A stretch of 64,000 nucleotides of DNA, from assembly GCA_030609965.1 (NCBI GenBank), contig JAUWSQ010000004.1, forward strand, positions 217 through 64,216. Direction: 5' to 3'. The translations under genes were made by a program, and so were the position numbers. The notes beneath the pieces are model-generated. The model had not been told where the DNA came from. It was given only the letters and a program-made list of their open reading frames with translations, and made no database searches. Numbering within the stretch: position 1 is the stretch's first letter; each line of letters begins with the position of its first letter. This document shows positions 47,035 to 57,289 of the stretch, in pieces. The DNA comes from Candidatus Fermentibacterota bacterium (GTDB taxonomy: Bacteria; Fermentibacterota; Fermentibacteria; Fermentibacterales; JCC-6).

Positions 47035-49074
47035 ATGGAAACACCTTCTCGAAGCGAAAAAACATCTCTTTCCAGCCTTTCCATTTTCGCTGGAGGACTC
47101 CTTTCCATCCTGGTTCAGGCGATCGTACTCAGGGAATCACTTTTCGGCCGCCACCAGGCGGAACTCACTACTGGAATAGTTCTTGCCGCATGGATAATCG
47201 GATCAGGCCTCGGTGCTGCAGCGGGTGGCAGAACTTCAAGGCACCGATTGTTCTGGATAGCCGGAATAGTCATTCTACCGATTCTGGGGTTTCTTCAGAT
47301 TGCGGCATCAAGGACAGGTATACTGCCTCTGGCATTAACAGTGCTTCCTGCCGGATTCACTGCCGGTGTTGTGTTCATACAGCCCTTTGCCTTTGACAGG
47401 CCGGGCAGAGTCTATGCTCTTGAAGCGCTGGGGGCTGCAGCAGGTGGGGGAATTTTTGTCCTTTTTTCACCTTATCTTCTTGCAGGTGAACTGCTGGGGA
47501 TATCAATTCTCTTCTCAATCATCGGTCTTCTGGCGTGCAGGAGTATTGTTCCCGGTCTGATACTTACTGTTATTCTGTTTGTATCTCAGCTATTATCCAT
47601 TCCGGAGGATTTCAGCAGACATCTTGGATCGATGGCTTTTTGCAACTACGAAAATGTACAGATTTATCCCTCTCCCTACGGAGAAGTGGTTACAGCTTCC
47701 AGAAGAGGCCAGCATGTTGTATTCAGGAGCGGACTGCTTTCCGCAACATGGCCTTCTCTTGAATCAGCGGAGCAAACCGTAATTGTTCCACTTGCTGCTT
47801 CTCTCCCCTGCGCAGTACTGTATATCGGTTCATCTCCTGAAGAAGCGGGAATAATAACCAGCTGGCCCGGGGTTGACCGCTGTGTTACGGTTGTTCCCGA
47901 GAGGACACTGACTGAAGTGATTGAATATCCGGGTGAGATAGGAATAGGTGACGGTCGGCAGTACCTGGCAGATGATACTCTTTTGTACGATCTCATTATC
48001 GTTTCTGCAGGCCAGCCCCTTACGCTTCTATCAAATCGTTTTTATACCGCTGAGTTTATGAAACTCCTTGCCGGAAGGCTTACCCCCGAAGGCATAGCCT
48101 GCATACACCTTTGGGGTGGAACAAACAGGCTGCATCCCCTTGAGGCGGAACTGGCCCGTTCCGTTGCGCTGGCTTCAGAAAACTGTTTCCAATGGAACAG
48201 GATCATTCCCATTTCAGGCCTTTTGCTTATGGTTGGGAACGGCTCGGAACCATCCTTTGAAGGAGGATTACTGGCCGGAAGATTGGACTCCCTGGGAGTT
48301 GCGGGACTGTACGTTAATTCAGGTACTCTTCCATACGATCTTTCAGAATTCCGAACAGCTGCCTTCGATGAGCAGATTGTCGCTTCAGATGCGGAAACCA
48401 ACACGGATCTACACCCTGAGGGCTTCAGAATAGCGCATGAGTTGTGGGATTTCAGAATGAACGAAGAGGGAAAAACTGATCTGACCATCCCCGCTGTCGG
48501 CCTGTTCTTGCTGATAATGGTAGCTGCTGCATTGCTTTCAGGTAAGCCGTTAACTTCTCTGGGGGTTGCGGCTGCCGGGTTTACAGGACTTTCCGTTGAA
48601 GTGATTACCCTGGTATCGATTCAGGCGGCAACCGGTTATTCATGGGTGCTTGTAGGGGCAGTTACGGGAATATTCATGACGGGCTGCGCTCTTGGCGCCT
48701 TCTGGACAGATAAGGGATTAATGAGAAATCCGGCCAGGATCATTGCCCTGTCTGGAATGGCAGCCTTCTTCAGCGCAGTCGTCCTCCAACTTTACAGTAT
48801 CGGTTTTTGTGGCGGGTTCTTTCTAGCACTATGTCTTCTTTTTGGAACGTTTGTTTGTGGAGTTTCAAGTGGCGGGATATTCCCAAACGCCGCAAGAGTT
48901 CTGGGAGCCGGCAGTACTGGAAAAATTGGTCTCCTGGACCTAGCAGAGCATGGAGGAAGTGCAGCCGCTTCGCTTCTTATGCCTCTTGTTCTGTTCCCCC
49001 TGCTTGGTGCTGTGAATGTTCTGTTGATAGCCACCGCATGGATTGCGATCTGGATAATTGTTCATCCGCGTTAG
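47035..49074 (+). CDS. Membrane-bound spermidine-synthase-like protein (TM-SAM fold-TM), degenerate
   Basis: Q..LRE, YALEALG, SPYG, GDGRQYL, NRFYT.EF, NTD..P pattern. Confidence 0.75.
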   Translation: METPSRSEKTSLSSLSIFAGGLLSILVQAIVLRESLFGRHQAELTTGIVLAAWIIGSGLGAAAGGRTSRHRLFWIAGIVILPILGFLQIAASRTGILPLALTVLPAGFTAGVVFIQPFAFDRPGRVYALEALGAAAGGGIFVLFSPYLLAGELLGISILFSIIGLLACRSIVPGLILTVILFVSQLLSIPEDFSRHLGSMAFCNYENVQIYPSPYGEVVTASRRGQHVVFRSGLLSATWPSLESAEQTVIVPLAASLPCAVLYIGSSPEEAGIITSWPGVDRCVTVVPERTLTEVIEYPGEIGIGDGRQYLADDTLLYDLIIVSAGQPLTLLSNRFYTAEFMKLLAGRLTPEGIACIHLWGGTNRLHPLEAELARSVALASENCFQWNRIIPISGLLLMVGNGSEPSFEGGLLAGRLDSLGVAGLYVNSGTLPYDLSEFRTAAFDEQIVASDAETNTDLHPEGFRIAHELWDFRMNEEGKTDLTIPAVGLFLLIMVAAALLSGKPLTSLGVAAAGFTGLSVEVITLVSIQAATGYSWVLVGAVTGIFMTGCALGAFWTDKGLMRNPARIIALSGMAAFFSAVVLQLYSIGFCGGFFLALCLLFGTFVCGVSSGGIFPNAARVLGAGSTGKIGLLDLAEHGGSAAASLLMPLVLFPLLGAVNVLLIATAWIAIWIIVHPR

Positions 49075-49077
49075 AAA

Positions 49078-49101
49078 GGGCGGGTTCCGAAGAACCCGCC
49101 C
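49078..49101. terminator. GC-rich hairpin between convergent genes
   Basis: GGGCGGGTTC-CGAA-GAACCCGCCC. Confidence 0.75.
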
Positions 49102-49124
49102 AACTTGCTATGTCCGAACCACGC

Positions 49125-51056
49125 CTAGTTGGCGATGCTTAGTACCACAAATTCCACGCGACGGTTGAGTGCCTTGTTGGCTTCGGAAGTGTTGGGAGCT
49201 GCCGGCCTATTCTCTCCATAACCAATTGTGGAAAGACTTGATGCACTCACACCGTGGTCGACAAGGTAGTCGAAAACAGCTTTTGCTCTGTTTTCACTGA
49301 GGGTCTGGTTGTACTCCTCGGTGTAATCATCGTCAGCGTATCCGCCTATCTGCACATTCAGACCGTTGGCGATAATATTCTCAGCAATAGCTTCCAGGAT
49401 GGATGTGTACTCTGACTGGATGTTGTACTGGTTGACGATGAAGTAGATCGGCTCGAGTGCGGCGGACTGAAGCTGGAAGTCCAGGGCGACAAGGTCACCG
49501 CTGAGGACATCCACGGTCTCGGAGGCACCGAGGTAACCGGCAGCCGCAGCAGAGACGGTCCAGCTGCCTTCGTCGACATTAATTTCATAAAGACCATCTG
49601 TGCCGGTGCGGTCACTGGCAGCAGGGTCATCAGTTGCTGTGACGGTTGCACTGGAAATAGCGATACCTGTCTCTATATCGGTAACGCTACCCATTACAGT
49701 ACCAGGCTCGGGCTGCAGGGCAAAGTTCCTGCTGAAATCCGCGCCACCCTCTACCTGCACTGTTTCGCTTGCACCGATGTAGCCGGGTGCGTTTACGGCA
49801 ACTGATACGTTACCTTCGGGAAGTTCGGCAGAGTAGAAGCCCGTTCCAGGATCTGAAGCTGCTGATTCCGTAGCGGTACCGGGGAATGCCACAGTACCTT
49901 CAAGTGCTTCACCGGTGAGGGCGTCGGTAACTGTTCCTGACATGATCGCTTCACCTGGAGCGGCTGCGATGCTGCCGGAATACATAAGGTTCACACCAAC
50001 GCCCCAGGAGGGATAGTAACCCTCGGGGAAGGGTGCGAAGTCTGCTCTGGTTTCGTTAGTGGGAGTTCCACCATTCTGGTATATATGATGTCCCAGATCG
50101 CTCCACTCCGGATCAAATGTATCTAATCCAAATGCTCCCACTACATCGCATGAGAACGCTGAAGTGATAGGGAATCTAAGCCCCGGCTGAATGATGATCA
50201 TGTCATCGTATCTCTCACCGTTACCATCTTCGTAGTCGCGATCAAGGAAGTGACGCCATTCAGCTTCTGCGAACAGTGTCAATCCGTCCATGGGATATTC
50301 GATTCCCATGGCTACATGGAGGACCGGATCCTCAACATCCATGTCGACATCTACAGAATCGCCTGTTCCATACCTGACATCGGTGAACTGGAAGTTCTGC
50401 TTGAAGTAATGGTATCCAAGATTTGCATGTAATACAACCGGGTGCAAATCCAAGGATGCAAGAAGGTCTGCACCTGCTGAGAAATTCGAACCTATCATCG
50501 GACGGCGCATTTCGAACATTGGCTGTTCCGGATACCAGACACCATCGAACTGGTTGTAGTTTGTTACGTAGGGACTATCGCCACCTTCGTAAATACCGAA
50601 ACCAACCCATGGCATTATTCCGATAACAAAGTCGCTTTCAGGATTGAAAGAGTACTTCAGGAAGAAATTGGCTTCGCTGAAGCCGTCATCGTTTTCGTTC
50701 TGACCACCAACAAGATCCTGTCGGCCTTCGACTTCATCGCGGGAGAGACAGTTCCATACATAGGAAACTCTTCCCGCAATTTCGATTTTTTCACTGAGTC
50801 CTACACCTGCTGTGATGTACCATGTACCGTTATACTCGGTATCGGTGACATCCTGGGCTCCTCCTGAAAGCTGAGCGGTTCTCGTATCGTTGCTCACTCC
50901 GAGAAAGGAGAAAAGTGCGATTGAGAATTCACCCGATCCTATTGGCTTAGCATCAACTGTGCGGTTGAGACCTCGAAGGCCCGAATAGGATGGCAGTGCA
51001 AGAACAGTGCCTGATATCAGAAGAAGAGCAGCAAAAATAAGCATCCCTTTTCTCAT
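49125..51056 (-). CDS. OmpA-family protein: beta-barrel-like region, two carboxypeptidase-regulatory-like domains, OmpA C-domain
   Basis: MRKGMLIF signal; two G.VTD..TG repeats; YNQTLSENRA, GYGE, NRRVEF. Confidence 0.9.
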   Translation of the reverse strand: MRKGMLIFAALLLISGTVLALPSYSGLRGLNRTVDAKPIGSGEFSIALFSFLGVSNDTRTAQLSGGAQDVTDTEYNGTWYITAGVGLSEKIEIAGRVSYVWNCLSRDEVEGRQDLVGGQNENDDGFSEANFFLKYSFNPESDFVIGIMPWVGFGIYEGGDSPYVTNYNQFDGVWYPEQPMFEMRRPMIGSNFSAGADLLASLDLHPVVLHANLGYHYFKQNFQFTDVRYGTGDSVDVDMDVEDPVLHVAMGIEYPMDGLTLFAEAEWRHFLDRDYEDGNGERYDDMIIIQPGLRFPITSAFSCDVVGAFGLDTFDPEWSDLGHHIYQNGGTPTNETRADFAPFPEGYYPSWGVGVNLMYSGSIAAAPGEAIMSGTVTDALTGEALEGTVAFPGTATESAASDPGTGFYSAELPEGNVSVAVNAPGYIGASETVQVEGGADFSRNFALQPEPGTVMGSVTDIETGIAISSATVTATDDPAASDRTGTDGLYEINVDEGSWTVSAAAAGYLGASETVDVLSGDLVALDFQLQSAALEPIYFIVNQYNIQSEYTSILEAIAENIIANGLNVQIGGYADDDYTEEYNQTLSENRAKAVFDYLVDHGVSASSLSTIGYGENRPAAPNTSEANKALNRRVEFVVLSIAN

Positions 51057-51344
51057 AGTAACATTCCCTTTCTGTGTGAGTTCGATGAACGAGGAAATAT
51101 GTAAATCCATACTGCATATGTCAATATAGATATTATACACATTAGTATATATAATAAATAATAATTCATACATATTTTCGCTTTTGACAGATGCAGATAT
51201 GCAGCCACAGCTGAATTGCTTGTCATTTGTCACTGTTTTCACAACCCTGGATGTTCGTTTGATTCACAATCTGAATTCCTTATATTGACACCTGGCAGTT
51301 CAGATGTGTCCGGCTTCTTCAAGATCGAATTTTGGGAGAACTGA

Positions 51345-54300
51345 ATGTCACATGATTTTGGATCCATCCTGAGAGACAGACTTACCCGGTATAGAGGGGC
51401 ATCGGACCCTGTAGCTGAAGAGAGAGGAGAGCTGAAGCCGGGTGAGCGGCGGGACATAGCCGTTCTTTTTCTGGACCTTGAAGGGTTCACTTCCCTGTCA
51501 GAGAAACTGGATCATGAAGCAGTTCACGATATCACCCTTGGAATCATGGATGCCCTGGTTGATGTTACACAGCGATTCGGTGGATACGTTGACAAGATCG
51601 AAGGTGACAGGATAATGGTTCTCTTCGGCGCCAGACAGGCAGGGGAGAATGACAGTACAAGGGCGGTTTCATCCGGGTTCATGATGCTCGATACAATTCT
51701 GGCGGCAAATGAGATCCTTTCCGATAACGGTATCTCCATCACTGCCAGGATAGGGATCAACAGCGGTCCGGTAACTGTAGCTCCCGATGCCATCGGTCAT
51801 CTTACCGCTATGGGGAGAACGGTTAACCTTGCTTCCCGTATGGAGGGGGCTGCCCGGGCCAACACCATTCTGGTACCGGATACGTTTTATGAGAAGTGCA
51901 GGGATCAATTCAGCTGGAAAAACTTGGGAGATATCAAACTGAAAGGTATCAGCAATCCTGTCAGTGCATGGCGTCCCACTGGTTCCATATCCACAAGCAG
52001 GCCTCGCTGGGAACGAGTATCCACTATTTGCAGCTCAGGGTTCGTTGGAAGGACAGCTGAACTGATCAGACTGAAGAAGAAACTGCTTGATCAGAAATCC
52101 CTGAGCACAGGCGAAAGTCGTCTTGGTGGAGTAAAGCACATCGTCCTGGGCATTAAGGGTGAGGCTGGAATTGGAAAATCCCGCCTTATTCATGAATTCA
52201 TTCAGCAGCATTGTGGTGATGATGAGAATCTTACTGTTTTAAAAGGTCAGGCTCTTTCATTTGCTCAGCCTGCTTACTCCCTCTGGACAGGTCTTCTTCG
52301 CAATCTGCTTGATATTGAAAAGGATTGCAGATTGGATTACGATGAATTCAGGAAGAAGATCCTCATTCTCAGTGATGAGAAGGAATTGAGGGATTCAGTA
52401 CCTTTCCTGGCTGAACTCCTGTCTATCAGATCCGGTGATAGAAGGCTGGCTGAACTGGACAGCAAAGCTATAGCCCTTGAAACCAGAATAGCCTTCAGGA
52501 ATCTTCTCAAGGCTATGGCCGGCAAAAAACATCTTATTGTTGTCCTTGATGATCTTCATTGGATTAATCCTTCATGCCGCAATGTACTGGAATTCATCAT
52601 CGGCAACTGTACTACAGAAAGACCGATTGTTTTTCTTCTGATCTACAGGCCCGAGAGGGATGATGGCAGGATGGTGGAGTTCGATATTATGCTCATCTAC
52701 GCTGAGTTGGATGAAATAGCCCTCTCCAGTATCGACGAACAGGCCAGCCGTGACATAATCATGAGGATGCTTTCGTGCATTAGTTCCAGTGGAACCGGGA
52801 AAACCTCCCCGAAAGTAGAAGAGTTTTTCATGAAGCATTCCCGAGGTAATCCATTCTTCCTTGAGGAGCTCATCCTCGATCTCTTTGAATCGGATCTGCT
52901 GAATGAAAGCAAAGGACAATGGGTGTTCAACAGCCCGATCAGTGAGATTTACATACCTTCATCGCTGACAGGACTGCTTCAGTCGAGAGTTGACCGCCTG
53001 TCCGATGAATTGAAAGGCGTCCTTCAAAAATCCTCAGTACTGGGAGTCGAATTCCAGGTGAAACTGTACAGTCGGCTTGCTTTAGAACTTTCGCTGGATG
53101 AAAACAGCAGATCCATTTTTGGCAACCTGGAGCGCAGGCAGTTCCTTATTGGCAGAGGAACAGCATTCGAGCAGAAGTACGCGTTCCGGCACATTCTTAT
53201 ACGTGACACTGCATACAGCAGTATACTGGAGAGCAACAGGAAGATTCTTCACAGGATCACAGCTGGTCTGATCGAGGAGATGTACCCCGACGACGAGCAG
53301 GAAATCGCTGATATTCTTGCACACCACTGGGAAAGAGCCGATAAACGGGATAAAGCGATTCAATGGGGTATTATCAGCTTGATGTACACTGTGCAGACTT
53401 ACCAGCATGAAAAGGTTCTGGAATTGACCGAAAAGCTTGAATCCTGGATATTGCAGGAGACTCTGGACGAAGAAAGCAGCCAGAAACTGCTTCAGGTAAT
53501 GATGTTCAGAGTTGAAACTCTCGATATTCTTGGCAGGAGAAAAGAGCAGGAGCAGTTGCTCCTGAGAATGGTCGAAATCGCTGATACTTATGAAGTATAT
53601 ACCTGGCAGGGAAAAATACAGACCTTTCTGGGAAGCGTATTCAGAATCACAGGCCGTATGGATGAAGCTGGAAAGTGTTACTTTAAGGCACTTAAGAGCC
53701 ATCAAAGTTTGGGCAATCGTCAACAGGAAAGTATGGTTTTCTGCAATCTGGCTATTCTCGGCAGAATACAGGGCAGAATGGATGAAGCCCGCGAGCATTT
53801 TGAGAAAGCGCTGCACCTTAACCGCGAAGAGGGTGACCGCAAAGTGGAAGGTGTTCTGCTTGGAAATCTCGGGAACCTCTACTTCGATCAGGGCCGGATT
53901 GATAAAGCCATTGAGTGCTACGAAAAAGTTCTGGAGATAACCAGGGAGACGGGGGACAGAAGGAGTGAGGGAATCGCCCTTGGAAATCTCGGAAATCCAT
54001 ATATGTCAGGGGATGATACTGAACAGGCGCTGATTTACTACAATCAGGCGCTAGAACTGCATAGAGAAATAGGCAACCGCACAAGTGAAGGAATAACACT
54101 TGGAAACCTTGGAGAACTCTATTCCCGGATTGATCAATTACAGCAATCCGGGGAATGTCACAGAAATGCTCTTGAGATACACCTTGAAGTTGGTAACCGC
54201 AGGCTTGAAGCCTTTACTCGTTATTCTTTAGCATCACTTGGAATGAAGCAGGATGATCATGCCGGAGCACTGAAGTATTATAAGGACGCTCTCTCTATTA

Positions 54301-54422
54301 TTGAAGAACTTGAACTCACGATTACTGTATATGACGGTATGGCTGAACTTCGAAACAGCCTGCTTTCCTGTGGCTTTTCTGAAATTGAAGTTGCCTGGCC
54401 CCGGCATTGGGCAAACCCTTAG
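51345..54422 (+). CDS. Single class III cyclase + STAND ATPase + TPR
   Basis: FLDLEGFT, DKIEGD, TAMGRTVNLASRME, GEAGIGKS, DDLHW, GNPFF, TPRs. Confidence 0.92.
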   Translation: MSHDFGSILRDRLTRYRGASDPVAEERGELKPGERRDIAVLFLDLEGFTSLSEKLDHEAVHDITLGIMDALVDVTQRFGGYVDKIEGDRIMVLFGARQAGENDSTRAVSSGFMMLDTILAANEILSDNGISITARIGINSGPVTVAPDAIGHLTAMGRTVNLASRMEGAARANTILVPDTFYEKCRDQFSWKNLGDIKLKGISNPVSAWRPTGSISTSRPRWERVSTICSSGFVGRTAELIRLKKKLLDQKSLSTGESRLGGVKHIVLGIKGEAGIGKSRLIHEFIQQHCGDDENLTVLKGQALSFAQPAYSLWTGLLRNLLDIEKDCRLDYDEFRKKILILSDEKELRDSVPFLAELLSIRSGDRRLAELDSKAIALETRIAFRNLLKAMAGKKHLIVVLDDLHWINPSCRNVLEFIIGNCTTERPIVFLLIYRPERDDGRMVEFDIMLIYAELDEIALSSIDEQASRDIIMRMLSCISSSGTGKTSPKVEEFFMKHSRGNPFFLEELILDLFESDLLNESKGQWVFNSPISEIYIPSSLTGLLQSRVDRLSDELKGVLQKSSVLGVEFQVKLYSRLALELSLDENSRSIFGNLERRQFLIGRGTAFEQKYAFRHILIRDTAYSSILESNRKILHRITAGLIEEMYPDDEQEIADILAHHWERADKRDKAIQWGIISLMYTVQTYQHEKVLELTEKLESWILQETLDEESSQKLLQVMMFRVETLDILGRRKEQEQLLLRMVEIADTYEVYTWQGKIQTFLGSVFRITGRMDEAGKCYFKALKSHQSLGNRQQESMVFCNLAILGRIQGRMDEAREHFEKALHLNREEGDRKVEGVLLGNLGNLYFDQGRIDKAIECYEKVLEITRETGDRRSEGIALGNLGNPYMSGDDTEQALIYYNQALELHREIGNRTSEGITLGNLGELYSRIDQLQQSGECHRNALEIHLEVGNRRLEAFTRYSLASLGMKQDDHAGALKYYKDALSIIEELELTITVYDGMAELRNSLLSCGFSEIEVAWPRHWANP

Positions 54423-54468
54423 TGGGATATAGATCTCGGCCTCCGAACATCTGTTGAAAGGAAGTATA

Positions 54469-54909
54469 ATGAAATACTTTATCCTGTGCGGTTCAATATC
54501 AATTCTATTGCTTGTTTCGGTTGCAGCATGCGGTGATTCATCACCTGCAGATCCTGTTGTTTCAGACGGAAGCTGGGCTGGAACTCTATCAATAGAAGGG
54601 GAATCAGTAACCTTCACAGTAGATGGGAATCAGGTCAGGGATCTCCATGTCACTTTCGTTTACTGGGGCTTATCTCTGCCGGCGGACACTGTGACATGGA
54701 CTCCCGGTGATGCGTCGATTTCAAGCAACGAGTTTCATATGACCGATACTCTGAGCAGCGGACACTTCAGCTATACAATGAGTATTGATGGTACATTCGA
54801 TCCTCCGTCCAGCGTTTCAGGGATGTTCGGAACGATAGGAGAATATGACAGCCTTGGCACTCATCATATAACCAGTGATTCCTGCTCATGGTCCGGCAGT
54901 CATGAATGA
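54469..54909 (+). CDS. Lipoprotein
   Basis: VAAC lipobox; ATG 54469 after AAAGGA. Confidence 0.7.
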   Translation: MKYFILCGSISILLLVSVAACGDSSPADPVVSDGSWAGTLSIEGESVTFTVDGNQVRDLHVTFVYWGLSLPADTVTWTPGDASISSNEFHMTDTLSSGHFSYTMSIDGTFDPPSSVSGMFGTIGEYDSLGTHHITSDSCSWSGSHE

Positions 54910-54977
54910 GGATTGATTTAACACTTTACATAAGATCCGGTTTGCGATGAAAACACGGATTCCGTGAGAGCTGTACG

Positions 54978-55859
54978 ATGACAACCGGGCTCAAATCGTT
55001 TCTCTACAATGAGCAAAAAGCAGTAAAGCATCTGAAGATAGCAAGTGTTGCGATTTCATGTGATCGTGATCCGGCAGTCAATCGTTCGAAAATTGTCAGT
55101 ACGGTAGATGAAATAAAGAAAAATCATCCGGATACTGAGCTTGTGGTATTCGGTGAAATGATCCTCGGATGGTACAATCCTGGCAGTATGCCTGAATATC
55201 ATCGCAATATTGCTGAGCGCATTACGCAGAAGACCATGCAGGATCTTGCTTCCCTATCGCTACGGCATGGAATATACCTTTGTTTTGGAATGTCCGAGAT
55301 CGATGATGGAATTCTGTACAACGCTCAGGTATTGATAAATCCCGAGGGAGAAATCCAGGCTGTCCATCGCAAAAGTAACCTTAAGTCCGGTGAGAAAACT
55401 GCGAACTACAAATCAGGATCAGTACCTGTTACGATTACTGACATTAAAGGAGTAAGAACCGGTATCGTGATTTGCTCTGATGCAGCGAGTCCGAGTACAA
55501 TGCGGAAGATTATGAGAAGTCATCCCGATTTGATCCTGCTAAGCCTGGCGGATGACAGTGATGAAAAATCCTTCATGGCCAGATGTAACGCCCGTATGTA
55601 TGACGCATGGATTGTTACGGCAAACCGTTATGGTGATGAGAATGGTCGCATATGGGATGGGCATATGGTGATCTCCGACCCCCTCGGCAGATTGCGTGCT
55701 ATGGGGCAGAACCAGGAGCAGTACCTGGTATATGAACTTAAATTCGCGGATGAAAAGTCCTGGGTGAAAAAAGTAGTAAGAAATATTCTGGTAAAATTGC
55801 CTCTGCCAGTTTACATCCTGAAGAACTGGAGAATAGTCAGATCTTATTATCGGGCCTGA
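54978..55859 (+). CDS. Carbon-nitrogen hydrolase (nitrilase superfamily)
   Basis: E-K-C triad: FGEM, HRK, ICSD; ANR. Confidence 0.88.
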   Translation: MTTGLKSFLYNEQKAVKHLKIASVAISCDRDPAVNRSKIVSTVDEIKKNHPDTELVVFGEMILGWYNPGSMPEYHRNIAERITQKTMQDLASLSLRHGIYLCFGMSEIDDGILYNAQVLINPEGEIQAVHRKSNLKSGEKTANYKSGSVPVTITDIKGVRTGIVICSDAASPSTMRKIMRSHPDLILLSLADDSDEKSFMARCNARMYDAWIVTANRYGDENGRIWDGHMVISDPLGRLRAMGQNQEQYLVYELKFADEKSWVKKVVRNILVKLPLPVYILKNWRIVRSYYRA

Positions 55860-56010
55860 AGCTTCCAGCGTTCATTTATAGTTTTGACAATCCAGGGCAG
55901 TTCTGAATAGTATTGTTTCAAGTCGAGAATACCGGATTGACAGGCATAGGGGTATTCTTCCAGAGGTTATACTGAAGATGTGAATGTAATCGAATACAAA
56001 GGAGCTAAAA

Positions 56011-56439
56011 GTGAGATCAAGCAAGATAATTCGACGTAATTCATTATCCGCTGCGGTACTGACAGTTATCATGCTGGCAAGTTGTGGCGGAGGAGAGAGC
56101 GCTGGAGAAGAAGCTGCCAGTGTAATAGAGAAGAACGGAGCGATAGAATCCAGCGATACCTGTGATCCGAATCACAATGATCTTGCCTACGACGCATACG
56201 AATTCGAAGCAGAAACGTTTGATCAAGTGTGCGTTGAAGTGACCACTGAAGAATTCTCGCCTCTTCTGAAGCTTGTGGAGGTTTCAACAGGAGCAGTAAT
56301 CGCGGAATGGGATCCGGAGTACGGGACAGGTGATGCCCTGACCTACACGATCGCCGGGTCGGGAAGCTATGAAGCTCGTGTCTATGCAATGGAAGATGGT
56401 ACCGGGGACTACACGCTGACCATCACGGTTACACCATAG
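56011..56439 (+). CDS. Lipoprotein with PPC-like domain
   Basis: LASC lipobox; YDAYEF, GSYE, GDYTLTI. Confidence 0.7.
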   Translation: MRSSKIIRRNSLSAAVLTVIMLASCGGGESAGEEAASVIEKNGAIESSDTCDPNHNDLAYDAYEFEAETFDQVCVEVTTEEFSPLLKLVEVSTGAVIAEWDPEYGTGDALTYTIAGSGSYEARVYAMEDGTGDYTLTITVTP

Positions 56440-56546
56440 ATTTTCTTCCTGGCATAGAGTTCCCAAAGAAACATGGATTGGACATTATCATCTTTATTCT
56501 GCAGAATTAGTGCTGAAAGATTTTTCTTAACAACAAGGAGTATCTC

Positions 56547-57218
56547 ATGAAAAAGTTAACTATATCAACTGCATTCATCCTTCTCATCTTATCCTGCGGA
56601 ACCAGTGACCCTACAGGATCAACACCCTCTTCCGACGCGGAATTCTATCCTATGACGGTGGGCAACCAGTGGGTTTACGGACGTACAGGTACAATGATTG
56701 ATGGCGTAGCGCTTACCGGTACGATAACGGGAAGCTGCACTCTGGAGATCACGGGAACGGAGACCCATTCGGAAGGTTTCGACGTATTCGTGCAGGAGAA
56801 CGCTGTTACCGATACACTGGTAATGGGTTCACTGGTTATGATAACAGACACGACCTATACGGATTATATACGTATCACGGACACTGGATTATATGGTTAC
56901 CCTCACTTAACAGATACCGATTCTTCCTACACTATACCTTTCCCTATCGTGAACGGTGCTGTATGGGACTTCTCAGAGGAACCTCCCATGACGGGCACGA
57001 TCCTCTCCACCAGCGTGGATGTCACCGTTGGCGCCGGAACGTTCGAAGACTGTATTGAGTTCCAGCTGACCTGGATCCAGGGGGGTAATACAGTCAGTAA
57101 TACTACCGACTCTGCAAGGAACGTTGGGAAAGTAAGGAACGTGTTTATACAGAGTGCGGGTACGATGGTAATAACTATCACTGAGGAACTGGAATCGTAT
57201 ACGGTCAGTGTTTATTAG
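56547..57218 (+). CDS. Lipoprotein
   Basis: ILSC lipobox; YPMTVGNQWVY, VTVGAGTFEDC. Confidence 0.75.
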   Translation: MKKLTISTAFILLILSCGTSDPTGSTPSSDAEFYPMTVGNQWVYGRTGTMIDGVALTGTITGSCTLEITGTETHSEGFDVFVQENAVTDTLVMGSLVMITDTTYTDYIRITDTGLYGYPHLTDTDSSYTIPFPIVNGAVWDFSEEPPMTGTILSTSVDVTVGAGTFEDCIEFQLTWIQGGNTVSNTTDSARNVGKVRNVFIQSAGTMVITITEELESYTVSVY

Positions 57219-57289
57219 GATCCGTGAGTTAGTACTTGGATTACGTTGTAGAAACGATTTAAAGCCTAGCCTGTTCGTGGGGAGGTCAG

